Source: Ignavibacteria bacterium
Lineage (GTDB): Bacteria; Bacteroidota; Ignavibacteria; Kapaibacteriales; UBA2268
Reading direction: 5' to 3'
Length of the DNA stretch: 64,000 nucleotides
Assembly (NCBI GenBank): GCA_031261605.1
Contig: JAISJI010000064.1
Location: forward strand, 209 to 64,208
Every line of letters begins with the position of its first letter. The stretch's first letter is position 1. The position numbers were made by a program, and so were the translations under genes. Of this stretch, positions 40,038 to 49,879 are shown piece by piece. The notes below the pieces were generated by a model that ran no database searches, was not told the DNA's origin, and was given only the letters and a program-made list of their open reading frames with translations.

Positions 40038-41291
40038 TTACTCCAAATTATTTAATAAATCATTGATTTGGATAAGTTTCTGCTCTTTTTCCTCTGCCAT
40101 ATATTTAATCGTAACAGCATTTTTATTCGCTTCATCATCTCCAATAATCAACGCATAACGAACACCAAGTTTATTTGCTTCTCGGAGTTGTGCTTTTAGC
40201 GAGCGTCTATTTAGTTCTACAATGCAAGTGTGGCTATCTACAAGTAAATTATGCACTTGCATCGCCAATTCAATATGTTTAGCATCCGTTGGGATAACCA
40301 TTGCATCCACTTGATATTGCTTATTCATATCGCCATTTAATTGCTCTAATATAAGCAACAAGCGTTCCATTCCCATTGCAAAGCCAACGGCTGGCGTATC
40401 TTTTCCGCCGAGTTCTGTAAATAACCCATTGTATCTACCACCTCCGCCGAAAGCATCTTGCGAGCCAAGATGTGTGCTTTGGAATTCAAAAACGGTGTGT
40501 GAATAATAATCTAAACCACGCACAAGTAGCGGATTTATATCATACTTAATGCCAACGGAATCAAGCAATGATTTAACAGTATTGAAATGTAATTGGCTCT
40601 CTTCATCAAGAAAATCAAGAATAATTGGAGCGTTCTTAACGATGTCTATATCATTCGTTGCTTTGCTATCAAGAATACGTAATGGGTTTATATCCAATCT
40701 GTTACGGCTATCTTCCGATAAACCATCTTTATTCGCAGTAAGGAAAGCGACAAGTGCCGTTTTATAATTCTTACGCGATTCCTCATTCCCAATTGAATTA
40801 AGAAGCAAGCGGTAATCATTGATTTTCAGACGCTTAATAAAATTTATCGCAAGCATAATTACTTCGGCATCGCTCTCCGGATATGGAGAATTAATACATT
40901 CAATACCAAATTGATGGAATTGGCGTAATCTTCCCTTTTGGGGACGCTCATATCGGAAATATTGACCAATGTAATAGAGACGAGTAACCGGATTTTCTTG
41001 CAGCAAATTGTTCTGTATTACTGAACGAACAAGCGCCGCGGTTTGCTCTGGACGTAGCGTAAGTGATTCATTACCCTTATCGTTGAAGGTATACATTTCC
41101 TTATTAACGATGTCTGTTCCATCGCCAACACCACGTGAAAAGACCTCTGTTTTCTCAAAAATTGGCGTTCGTAATTCACGATAGCCAAAGGAGCTAGAGA
41201 TTTCTCTCGCAGTGGCTTCTAAAATCTGCCATTTATGCGATTCATTTGGTAGAATATCTTTTGTTCCGCGTATTGATTGTATTGCATTCAT
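40038..41291 (-). CDS. hisS: histidyl-tRNA synthetase
   Basis: RGTKD, FRYERPQKGRLRQFHQ, LVRGLDYY, GGGRY. Confidence 0.98.
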   Translation of the reverse strand: MNAIQSIRGTKDILPNESHKWQILEATAREISSSFGYRELRTPIFEKTEVFSRGVGDGTDIVNKEMYTFNDKGNESLTLRPEQTAALVRSVIQNNLLQENPVTRLYYIGQYFRYERPQKGRLRQFHQFGIECINSPYPESDAEVIMLAINFIKRLKINDYRLLLNSIGNEESRKNYKTALVAFLTANKDGLSEDSRNRLDINPLRILDSKATNDIDIVKNAPIILDFLDEESQLHFNTVKSLLDSVGIKYDINPLLVRGLDYYSHTVFEFQSTHLGSQDAFGGGGRYNGLFTELGGKDTPAVGFAMGMERLLLILEQLNGDMNKQYQVDAMVIPTDAKHIELAMQVHNLLVDSHTCIVELNRRSLKAQLREANKLGVRYALIIGDDEANKNAVTIKYMAEEKEQKLIQINDLLNNLE

Positions 41292-41324
41292 AATTTATTT
41301 CCTTTATATCGTATTAATTTATTC

Positions 41325-41332
41325 CAAATATA
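41325..41332 (-). promoter_or_regulatory. -7 promoter element TATATTTG for hisS
   Basis: TAnnTTTG match 34 bp upstream of the hisS start. Confidence 0.5.
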
Positions 41333-41349
41333 ATCATTTTTATCCACAT

Positions 41350-41386
41350 AAAAAAATAGGGAATAACTTAACGCTATTCCCTATTT
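41350..41386 (-). terminator. intrinsic terminator of the M16 peptidase gene
   Basis: AAATAGGGAATA...TATTCCCTATTT inverted repeat with T-tract on the minus strand. Confidence 0.75.
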
Positions 41387-41408
41387 CTTAATTAACACCA
41401 ATTAATGA

Positions 41409-44249
41409 CTATTCGTCATCGTCTTCTGGCATTTGGATTACTGTAATGAAGTTTGTATTATAGTTCAAATACTTCTTTGCTGTTTCTACCATATCCTTAG
41501 TAGTGAGTTTATCTACTTTGGATTTATAATCCTTTAGGAATGCGAGGTCGCGTCCTGTTTGGTCAAAATTGGTAATTGTGCCAAGCCAATAGCTATTATC
41601 CTGTGAATTTACTTCGTCGTCTTTCTTCATCATTTCCTTTGCTTTTGTTAGGTCTTCGGCAGTTATATTCTTTTGGAGTTCTGCAAATACTTCCTTTGTT
41701 GCTTCTATTAATTCTTGTGCTCTTGCTGGGTCGCAGGAATATGTAACGAATGCTCTAACATATTTACGCGGGAAGTAGCCGGTTGTAAGACGTCCGTATG
41801 GTGAATAAACACCACCTTTATCCTCGCGTAATGACTCTCTAATTTTAATAGTTGCAATTTCACTAAGTGCATTAATTTTCAACTTCTCTTCTGATGAGAA
41901 TGTTGGGAAATCATTATCTATATAGATGCCTACTTGTGCCTTTGGCTCAATACCACGTTTTACAATCTTATTTACGACACCTGGCATTGGTTTCATACCG
42001 AGGTCTTTTCCCTTTTCCTTCTTGTTAGTAGCAGGAAGTGAAGCGATATATTGCTCTAAATATGCTTTGAATTGAGCGTCAATCTTAAATGCTCCAACAA
42101 ATACAAATGTAAAGTTAGAAGCATCAGCAAAGCGTTCTTTGTAAATAGCGAATGCTCTATCTTGGCTCATTGCATCAACTTCATCTCGTGTAATTGTTTT
42201 AGAGCGAACATTGTAGCCAGAAAGAACTGCATTTAATGTATCTCTATAAGCACTCATTGGGTCATTATCACGACCTCTTAACACTTCTATTGTCTTTGCT
42301 TTCCATGAATCAAAAGCATCATTGTCTTTGCGTGGCTGAGTAAATTGCATATTGAGCAATTGGAAGAATATCTCTGCATCCTTTGGTGTAAGTGAGCCCT
42401 GCATACCTTGCTCGTAAGAAGCAACATAAGGAGATAGACGTATCATCTTGCTTTGTAATAACTTACCTAATTTTATTGCTGAAAATTCGCCAAGTCCATT
42501 GTTATCTACAATTTCATCTGCACTACTTGCAACTTGGTATTCTGCATCTGGATAGAGTGATGAACCACCATCTGCCCAGCATTGGAATAGTATTTGGTCA
42601 TTTTTGAAATCAGTCGGTTTGAGTAAAACTCTTGCACCATTAGATAATTTCATTTCTGTAATGTCAAAGTTTGGCAACTTCTTCTCAGAAGTAATTTTTC
42701 CAGGTTTTGGCAATTCTTTCATTAATTTTGCGTCGCCAAGGTCATCTACGTAAGCATCATATTTTGCTGTTTCTGCTTTCTTAAAGATAGCAAGGATGTC
42801 TGCTTCGGTTGGTTTTTCTGTGCTATTTTCTGGCAATGATACTTGGAATATTACGTTTTCTGGTGTAATATTTTCTGCTACCATCTTATTAACTTCTTCA
42901 ATAGTAATGGTTTGCAGATACTCTTTGGCTATTTCGTATTCTACTTCAATTCCCGGAGCGGACTCTTTACCTTCAAAATATGAAGCCAATTCTCTTACAT
43001 AGCCGTAGTTCTCTGATTTGTCCCTTTCGTTATACGATTTCTCATAAGAAGCGAGAATTGACTCTTTAGCACGTTCTAATTCCGTTGGAGTGAAGCCGTG
43101 TTGGTCTATTCTAAACATTTCTGCTAATCCACGTTCCAAACCCGCTGAAAAGCCATCGTTATTTGGAATAACCGTTAGCATAAAGCAATGCAAATCGCCA
43201 ACGAAATTACCCATTCCACCTTGTGCCATCAAAAATGGTGGCTTTGGCTCTTGAGTTATCTCTTGCAAACGCATAATGAACATTGTTTCAAATAACCTCT
43301 CTTTAAGTCCATCCCTATATGCACCATAAGTGGTTTGGTCTTTCTCGTGATGTTTTATAAACAAAGTTGCATTTGAATAAGGCAACTCTTTGTCATAAGC
43401 TATTGAAATAATTGGCTCTTTATTATCCGGTATTTCCATCTTAACACGTGGCTTAGGACTCCCTTTACCTTGGAATTTGAAGCCATCAAAGTGCTTTTTG
43501 ATAAGTGGTACCATTTCTTTAGCGTTGAAATCACCAACTAAGATAACTGCTGTAAGTTCTGGTCTAAACCAATCTGTGTAATAATCAACAAATGCTTGGC
43601 GTTGCGCTGTTTTAATCACTTCTGTAAGACCAATCGGCATACGAACTGCGTATTGGGAGCCAGCAAGCATACGTGGTAAGTGCTTATTACTCAATCTTCC
43701 TTGTGCATTTGCGTCTCTCATACGCTCTTCTTCTAAGATTACACCACGCTCTTTCTCAATTTCCAAGGAATCAAAAGAAACGTTCATAGCCCAATCTTCA
43801 AGCACTTGGAGACCATTATCCATCATACCGGGAACGTCTGTTGGAAGAGTTAGCGTGTAAGTTATTTCATCAAATGATGTATGAGCATTGATGTCTGCAC
43901 CAAAGCGAACTCCGGTGGATTCAAGGAATTTCAATAGTGAATCCTTTGGGAAATGCTTAGTTCCATTGAAGCACATATGTTCTATAAAATGTGCTAAACC
44001 GCGTTGATACTCTTCTTCCTGAACAGAGCCAACTTTGAATTTGACCCATACTTCGGCGCGATTTTCTGGCTTCTTATTTTCCAGCACATAGTAAGTAAGA
44101 CCATTATCCAATTTTCCGGTTATTACCTTTGGATTTAGTGGGATACGGTCGTTTAAGTTTTTTGACTGAGCATTTACTGCTACACTCATTGTAATGGATG
44201 CACCAATAAATGCACACATTAAGACGGCTAATGACAATAGTTTTTTCAT
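41409..44249 (-). CDS. M16 family zinc protease (PqqL-like)
   Basis: GLAHFIEHMCFNG (HxxEH), NAHTSFDE, KERGVILEE, LREDKGGVY; signal peptide. Confidence 0.93.
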   Translation of the reverse strand: MKKLLSLAVLMCAFIGASITMSVAVNAQSKNLNDRIPLNPKVITGKLDNGLTYYVLENKKPENRAEVWVKFKVGSVQEEEYQRGLAHFIEHMCFNGTKHFPKDSLLKFLESTGVRFGADINAHTSFDEITYTLTLPTDVPGMMDNGLQVLEDWAMNVSFDSLEIEKERGVILEEERMRDANAQGRLSNKHLPRMLAGSQYAVRMPIGLTEVIKTAQRQAFVDYYTDWFRPELTAVILVGDFNAKEMVPLIKKHFDGFKFQGKGSPKPRVKMEIPDNKEPIISIAYDKELPYSNATLFIKHHEKDQTTYGAYRDGLKERLFETMFIMRLQEITQEPKPPFLMAQGGMGNFVGDLHCFMLTVIPNNDGFSAGLERGLAEMFRIDQHGFTPTELERAKESILASYEKSYNERDKSENYGYVRELASYFEGKESAPGIEVEYEIAKEYLQTITIEEVNKMVAENITPENVIFQVSLPENSTEKPTEADILAIFKKAETAKYDAYVDDLGDAKLMKELPKPGKITSEKKLPNFDITEMKLSNGARVLLKPTDFKNDQILFQCWADGGSSLYPDAEYQVASSADEIVDNNGLGEFSAIKLGKLLQSKMIRLSPYVASYEQGMQGSLTPKDAEIFFQLLNMQFTQPRKDNDAFDSWKAKTIEVLRGRDNDPMSAYRDTLNAVLSGYNVRSKTITRDEVDAMSQDRAFAIYKERFADASNFTFVFVGAFKIDAQFKAYLEQYIASLPATNKKEKGKDLGMKPMPGVVNKIVKRGIEPKAQVGIYIDNDFPTFSSEEKLKINALSEIATIKIRESLREDKGGVYSPYGRLTTGYFPRKYVRAFVTYSCDPARAQELIEATKEVFAELQKNITAEDLTKAKEMMKKDDEVNSQDNSYWLGTITNFDQTGRDLAFLKDYKSKVDKLTTKDMVETAKKYLNYNTNFITVIQMPEDDDE

Positions 44250-44334
44250 TATGATACCTATTTTATAATTTAAAAATTAGTTTATGTAAATTAATAACAT
44301 ACAACTTACTACTTTTTATTAATAATTCCAAATT

Positions 44335-44348
44335 TTTATTATGCACAC
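44335..44348 (+). repeat. 14-bp direct repeat copy 1 (TTTATTATGCACAC)
   Basis: Identical to 47416-47429. Confidence 0.6.
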
Positions 44349-44474
44349 ATATTTTTTTATTTCAAATAATTTTGTTTTAGAGAAAAATTTGTATATTTAC
44401 GCTATGTTATGGCAACATTTTTTTTTGAATTACTTCTATGAATAGAAAGTTATCACTACATCATTTCAACCAAC

Positions 44475-44705
44475 ACAGGTGCCGCGATGTCATATATTGC
44501 GGTGCTGTCTGCCGATGGATAGCACTGTAAATACTGCTGTCACAGCGATACTGTGGTTTGTTTGAGTATCATACAGCACCGCCCCACCCCACCAAATGAG
44601 GTCTCGTATAACGCTTCCACTCTTGTAAAAATTGGGCGACTATTGTCGCACTCACACTACATAAGCAAGCGTTTGGCTTTTAATTCAGCCGGCACTCCGT
44701 GCCAA
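44475..44705 (+). ncRNA. candidate structured leader RNA (unassigned)
   Basis: GC-richer than its flanks; several complementary segments, some mutually exclusive; I recognise no known family. Confidence 0.3.
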
Positions 44706-44746
44706 AAATTAAACAAAAATTCTATTAATTAATTAAGGAGTAAATA

Positions 44747-45694
44747 ATGAATCACAAATTCATAACCCCTCTCGCTATCAAAATGATGATAGCTGTCAGC
44801 ATAATAGTGCTGACCTCAAACGTGGCAACTGCATTTGATTGCACCGATTGCCCACCACTCCCAAGTTGTGCACAATGGGACACTTGCGTTAAAGACGCCA
44901 AAATATATTTTATAGGCAATAACTGCTATCTTACTTATAGTTATTGTGCCTATATAGACACTGGCTTCGCAATGCACATCTACATACCAGAAATTGCTGG
45001 TAGTTACAACGACTGCGTAGATACTTTGGACTTGCAGTATAACTATAAATACTACTTCGATAAGTGTATTGAAGATGTTTTATCGCAGATTGACACATCA
45101 GAATCAGGAAGGTTTATAATTCCACCATGCTATTGGGGAAAGAACTACATTGTTCATTGCGGACATCCAAGTTGTATGACTGAACCATACACCGTAGAAA
45201 TACATCCAGAACTAGGGCCATGGGTTGATACGAATGTCGGCACTGGCGAACTAATAATAGACCCATCAGAAACAACACCAATGCCAATAACTACTACTAT
45301 CACAACTACTACAGAAAACGAAAATGCGAATACTGGCGAACTAAATTACGAACAAACAGATGGCGCAGAAGAATTCGGAGATATTCCTATTGGCAACCAG
45401 TGGGATAGCGTTACTACTTGGGAGACGCGCATAAGCCCTTGCGGAACAATAGAACCAGAGGATATTTGCTGGCAAAAGAAATATTATTGCTGGGTACCGG
45501 ACGAATCTGCTCCTGGACCAGACCACCACAGAACAATCATAGAAGACGGACCGATAGAGCAAATAGGCAGGTCATCGTGTCCGCCCGAGGGTGGAAGAAT
45601 GGTATTTACAAAACGTGACGGTGGATTTGGCGGCGGAACATACGCACCGGTATGGGTAGAGTGCCATTATATGTGTATTCAAGGAAACAATTAA
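44747..45694 (+). CDS. secreted cysteine-rich hypothetical protein
   Basis: Signal peptide (VATA-F), 17 Cys, Thr-rich insert; AAGGAG Shine-Dalgarno. Confidence 0.8.
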   Translation: MNHKFITPLAIKMMIAVSIIVLTSNVATAFDCTDCPPLPSCAQWDTCVKDAKIYFIGNNCYLTYSYCAYIDTGFAMHIYIPEIAGSYNDCVDTLDLQYNYKYYFDKCIEDVLSQIDTSESGRFIIPPCYWGKNYIVHCGHPSCMTEPYTVEIHPELGPWVDTNVGTGELIIDPSETTPMPITTTITTTTENENANTGELNYEQTDGAEEFGDIPIGNQWDSVTTWETRISPCGTIEPEDICWQKKYYCWVPDESAPGPDHHRTIIEDGPIEQIGRSSCPPEGGRMVFTKRDGGFGGGTYAPVWVECHYMCIQGNN

Positions 45695-45707
45695 AGGAGA
45701 TACTACA

Positions 45708-47414
45708 ATGACAAAGATAAAAATAAACAACATTTCATTCCTCCTATTACTTTTTGTAATAGGAGGAAGTGCTACAAATATATATGCACAAAACCCAAAT
45801 GCCTTCTATAAATTATTCGGTGATAAAAACGTATATTACTTCAGACAATCTGTAGTGCTATCGCCATCTGCTATGTTAGTATCTGGCAGTGGATTTAGCT
45901 CCGCTCAAATATTAATAAACACCGACCACTCCTATTTAGAACTAAACCCTACAAACACTGATTACAATATTCCAAATTACTACACAATTAATGTCACATC
46001 GGAAAAATACACAAGAAATGATACTATTTACTTTATTGATACTTATGATACTGTTTTAGTAGTACCTACGAGTAACATTATGCGTGATGGGAAAAAATAT
46101 AAAGATAATGAATATGCGATTAACATATATAATGGACTTGCACATATAAATTATGACCAGGAAACTAATAAAATTACATACAATAATTACTTTCCGTATT
46201 CTCGCATTAAAGGCACTAGTTGGTATAGTGCCCCACCTGTTGATAGCATTTTAGAGGGTGCAACACCGACTGTTGCTGGATTTTGTTTTGATAACGAAAG
46301 AGAGTATGTATATGCTTTTTTGGGGTTATGTATATCAAAAATGAAAGCCGACAAGGTGGATTCATTTCTTAAAGTATATTGTCCTCCAGATAATGCTTAC
46401 CTAGGACCCTATTCGACTACATACTGCGATTTTATGGAAGTAGATAATGAAGGAAAAATCTGGTATGCTGCTGGAGCGTGGGGAAATATAATTGCTTACT
46501 TTGATACTAAAACAGAAGAATTTACAACATATATTGATACAGCAATAACTCTTTCAATGCCTGCTGACTCTTTTTCTATGCACGAACTTATAAACTTGCC
46601 AGAGAAATATAACAACGCAAAAATAGCGTGGGGAAATAACTATTATGCCAAAGACCCTGAATATTATGAGCCATTGCTCGATAACTGGCTCCCTTACATA
46701 AGAAACAAGGTTCTGATATATGAAAACGGAAAGTGGGATAGTATTCCACTACCTTACGATTTGATTAGACAAAATATTAATGGGGCAACCATCCAAGTTC
46801 ATTGCTTCGAAAAAATGCACAAATGGAGCGACCACGAAATTGCATTTTCGAGTAGAGATGTGTTTCCACATACTTGGAATCATTCCTATGTAGACCACGG
46901 ACTGCAATATGAAGGTCACAATTACATATTCATATACGATTTGGATACCAAACAATGGCGAAAATTCTTAATACCTAAAGAATATATGATTACTGCGTAT
47001 AGTTCCTCTATTACGAATTGGAATGACAAAATATATATATCTGATAACGCCAAAAATCGCCCCCTCGTAGTATATGACCCCGCTTTGGATATAGATGCTA
47101 TAGATGAGCCAAACATAGATATGTATAGCAGCATTATGATTAGTAAAGTGTATCCTAACCCTGCTACTCACAACCTAAATGTGGAAATATTATATGTCCC
47201 AACTGGTATATATAACAATGACTTAGATGTCGGATTATATAACTTAATGGGACAAAAGATTATTGATATTTCTAATATTGGCAAATACAATGAATACGAC
47301 TACACATACAGAGCAAGGGTCTCCATTCCGGAGAATTTACCTCGTGGTGTGTATTATCTGAATGTTCGCAAGGGCTCTGAAAGACGCACTCAAGCGGTAA
47401 TTATTGGTGAATAA
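45708..47414 (+). CDS. T9SS cargo protein, probable beta-propeller
   Basis: Signal peptide; VDNEGKIWY and IYDLDTKQW blade-like motifs; VYPNPA...YNLMGQ...GVYYLNV C-terminal domain. Confidence 0.82.
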   Translation: MTKIKINNISFLLLLFVIGGSATNIYAQNPNAFYKLFGDKNVYYFRQSVVLSPSAMLVSGSGFSSAQILINTDHSYLELNPTNTDYNIPNYYTINVTSEKYTRNDTIYFIDTYDTVLVVPTSNIMRDGKKYKDNEYAINIYNGLAHINYDQETNKITYNNYFPYSRIKGTSWYSAPPVDSILEGATPTVAGFCFDNEREYVYAFLGLCISKMKADKVDSFLKVYCPPDNAYLGPYSTTYCDFMEVDNEGKIWYAAGAWGNIIAYFDTKTEEFTTYIDTAITLSMPADSFSMHELINLPEKYNNAKIAWGNNYYAKDPEYYEPLLDNWLPYIRNKVLIYENGKWDSIPLPYDLIRQNINGATIQVHCFEKMHKWSDHEIAFSSRDVFPHTWNHSYVDHGLQYEGHNYIFIYDLDTKQWRKFLIPKEYMITAYSSSITNWNDKIYISDNAKNRPLVVYDPALDIDAIDEPNIDMYSSIMISKVYPNPATHNLNVEILYVPTGIYNNDLDVGLYNLMGQKIIDISNIGKYNEYDYTYRARVSIPENLPRGVYYLNVRKGSERRTQAVIIGE

Positions 47415-47415
47415 A

Positions 47416-47429
47416 TTTATTATGCACAC
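47416..47429 (+). repeat. 14-bp direct repeat copy 2 (TTTATTATGCACAC)
   Basis: Identical to 44335-44348; begins 2 bp after the stop codon. Confidence 0.6.
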
Positions 47430-47457
47430 CAAAATAAATTTTACTTTGACGACAATC

Positions 47458-47494
47458 GCAGCGATGTTGCTCCTCTCGCCAGCAACATCGCTGC
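47458..47494. repeat. perfect 14-bp inverted repeat
   Basis: GCAGCGATGTTGCT-N9-AGCAACATCGCTGC. Confidence 0.8.
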
Positions 47495-47587
47495 ACAGAT
47501 AACACCACAAAAACTATAAGTTTGTGGTAGAATAGAAAAAAAATCGCAAAAAAAATGTATCTTTATACTAAAATAAATGTTATGCCT

Positions 47588-48007
47588 ATGAAAAAACTAC
47601 TTATACTATTCGCCCTACTACTCCCACTATCGCAAAGCTGCGAAATCTTTACCATCAAAGGCAATAAAATTGTTGTGGAAGACCAATCCGCTTACTCTCA
47701 GAAAACTCCAATAGGAGTGATTACAATCTTTATGGATGAGTTAGCAAATGACAATACGCTTGCTGCATCCGAATTGCTTGTAAATGCCGATGGCACGCTA
47801 CTTACAGCCAAGCAGAAGTATGATATAAGCCCAGAACTTTCCCGTATGAAACGCTTCTTAGATGGCAAGAAGATAACAAATCAAGCGATTGATACCACAA
47901 CCGGTGTTGTCAATGTTTCACTAGAGTTGGATGGAAAGAGCAAAGCAAGATTTGTCACACAATCTATCAATTCGCTTTTCTACATCGTTAGCTTTGATAA
48001 AGAATAG
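47588..48007 (+). CDS. hypothetical lipoprotein
   Basis: MKKLLILFALLLPLSQSC lipobox-like sequence; the start could instead be 47582. Confidence 0.7.
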   Translation: MKKLLILFALLLPLSQSCEIFTIKGNKIVVEDQSAYSQKTPIGVITIFMDELANDNTLAASELLVNADGTLLTAKQKYDISPELSRMKRFLDGKKITNQAIDTTTGVVNVSLELDGKSKARFVTQSINSLFYIVSFDKE

Positions 48008-48104
48008 ATGTGTATAACATTTTTTTTTGCTTAATGCACCTATATTTATTAAAAAAAGTGGTATATTGCATAAATTTGTTAATCATTAATTGAAAATATT
48101 TTAA

Positions 48105-49178
48105 ATGATTGAAATTGTATTGCCTTCGATAAATATTCCAGAAAGCGTTATCGTCCTATTTGAAGCCCTTATAAAAGCACTTATCTTTGTGATATATTTG
48201 CTTACATCAGCGGCGCTTACTGTATGGTTTGAGAGACGCGTCGCTGGTATTGCTCAAGATAGATTAGGACCTAATAGAACTGGTCCGTTCGGATTGCTAC
48301 AACCTTTCTCGGATGTGTTTAAACTATTCTTTAAGGAAGATTTTGTGCCAGCAAATGCCGATAGATTTACTCACGCTCTCGCTCCGTGTATCTGTGTATT
48401 TGTGGCGACAATGCTATATACCGTTGTTCCATTAGGACACTATGTTACGCTAAATGGACGCGACATTTATCTCGGCGTTGCACCTAATCTTAACATTGGC
48501 ATACTCGTTGTGCTTGCGATGACTTCCTTCGGTGTGTATGGATTTATGCTGGCTGGCTGGTCTTCCGGTAATAAATACTCGCTGCTCGGTGGATTACGTT
48601 CATCGGCACAAATGATTTCTTACGAACTTGCTATGGGTATGTCTGTTGTTGGCGTTGTTATGGTTACTGGCTCAATGGGAACAAACGATATAATACTGCA
48701 TCAGAGCGACTGGCATTGGAACGTAATACTGCAACCACTTGGCTTTCTCATATACTTTATCACTGCACTTGCCGAAATAAACCATACTCCATTTGATTTC
48801 CCCGAAGCAGAGCAAGAACTCGTTGCCGGCTACAATACGGAATATTCAAGTATGCGGTTCGGTATGTTCTACTTGTCGGAGTATGCAAATGTCGCCGCCT
48901 CATCTGTGATTATCGTTATACTATTTTTCGGCGGTTGGCAAATACCATACTTACAGGAATTTACCGGATTAGAAGATGGCTCTGTGTTGCTCGCACTAAT
49001 ACAAATTGGAACAACTATACTTAAAGTAATATTCTTTATATTCCTAATTATATGGATACGCTGGACATTACCACGTTTTAGATACGACCAACTAATGCAC
49101 CTTGGATGGTATGTGCTACTACCATTATCGTTGATTAATTTGGTAGTTACCGCTTGCGTAATTTACTTCTTATTGTAA
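48105..49178 (+). CDS. nuoH: NADH-quinone oxidoreductase subunit H
   Basis: ERRVAG..QDRLGPNR.GPFGLLQ, GGLRSSAQMISYE, PFDFPEAEQEL, RWTLPRFRYDQLM. Confidence 0.97.
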   Translation: MIEIVLPSINIPESVIVLFEALIKALIFVIYLLTSAALTVWFERRVAGIAQDRLGPNRTGPFGLLQPFSDVFKLFFKEDFVPANADRFTHALAPCICVFVATMLYTVVPLGHYVTLNGRDIYLGVAPNLNIGILVVLAMTSFGVYGFMLAGWSSGNKYSLLGGLRSSAQMISYELAMGMSVVGVVMVTGSMGTNDIILHQSDWHWNVILQPLGFLIYFITALAEINHTPFDFPEAEQELVAGYNTEYSSMRFGMFYLSEYANVAASSVIIVILFFGGWQIPYLQEFTGLEDGSVLLALIQIGTTILKVIFFIFLIIWIRWTLPRFRYDQLMHLGWYVLLPLSLINLVVTACVIYFLL

Positions 49179-49234
49179 AACCTATGTTGGCTTTACACTC
49201 TGCTTCCTTTGAAGCTAACCAATTTTCAAAATTT

Positions 49235-49873
49235 ATGACATCTAATGATATAAAGAAACAAATGAGTAGGCAAGAGGACTATGAGGTAATCAGAAATGTC
49301 CTTAATGGTAGTGTCCAACTATTTGATGTATTGCAAAACAAATACAGATATCTAATATATTCCCTAATACACAAAATGGTAAGAGATGAAGACGATGTCC
49401 AAGATTTAGTGCAAGAAACATTCATTAAAGCATATAAATCCCTGAATTCATTTAGTTTCGATTACGCATTCTCTTCTTGGTTATATAAAATTGCTTCTAA
49501 TAGCTGCATAGATTTCATTAGAAAAAAAAGAAACATTGTCTATCTATCACAGATGAACCCTGACCCAGAGAGCAATGAAGATTATGAAATACCTGACGAC
49601 TCATACTTGCCAGATAAGAATATTATAAACAAAGAACGATTTGAAATAATTAAAAATGCCATAGATTCGCTGCCAGATAAATACAAAGCCATTATTAAAC
49701 TACGCCACGATGAAGATTTGGATTACACTGAAATTGCCGATAAATTAAATATGCCACTTGGAACGGTTAAAGTTAATCTGTTCCGTGCTAGAAAAATATT
49801 AGAATTACAACTACGCAAGTATCCAGACGTATTTGACCTTGTCAATAAAATGCACCCTGTTCCTAACGATTAA
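49235..49873 (+). CDS. ECF RNA polymerase sigma factor (RpoE/SigW-like)
   Basis: DLVQETFIKAY, FSSWLYKIA.N.CID, Y.EIA..LNMPLGTVK..LFRAR; start uncertain (49184, 49235 or 49262). Confidence 0.9.
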   Translation: MTSNDIKKQMSRQEDYEVIRNVLNGSVQLFDVLQNKYRYLIYSLIHKMVRDEDDVQDLVQETFIKAYKSLNSFSFDYAFSSWLYKIASNSCIDFIRKKRNIVYLSQMNPDPESNEDYEIPDDSYLPDKNIINKERFEIIKNAIDSLPDKYKAIIKLRHDEDLDYTEIADKLNMPLGTVKVNLFRARKILELQLRKYPDVFDLVNKMHPVPND

Positions 49874-49879
49874 CTTACT

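Noticed and set aside
44461-44710. Retron/DGR, tmRNA, RNase P, SRP or known riboswitch identity for the structured leader
   Set aside because: No reverse transcriptase in the window and no signature motifs of these RNAs recognised; kept only as an unassigned candidate
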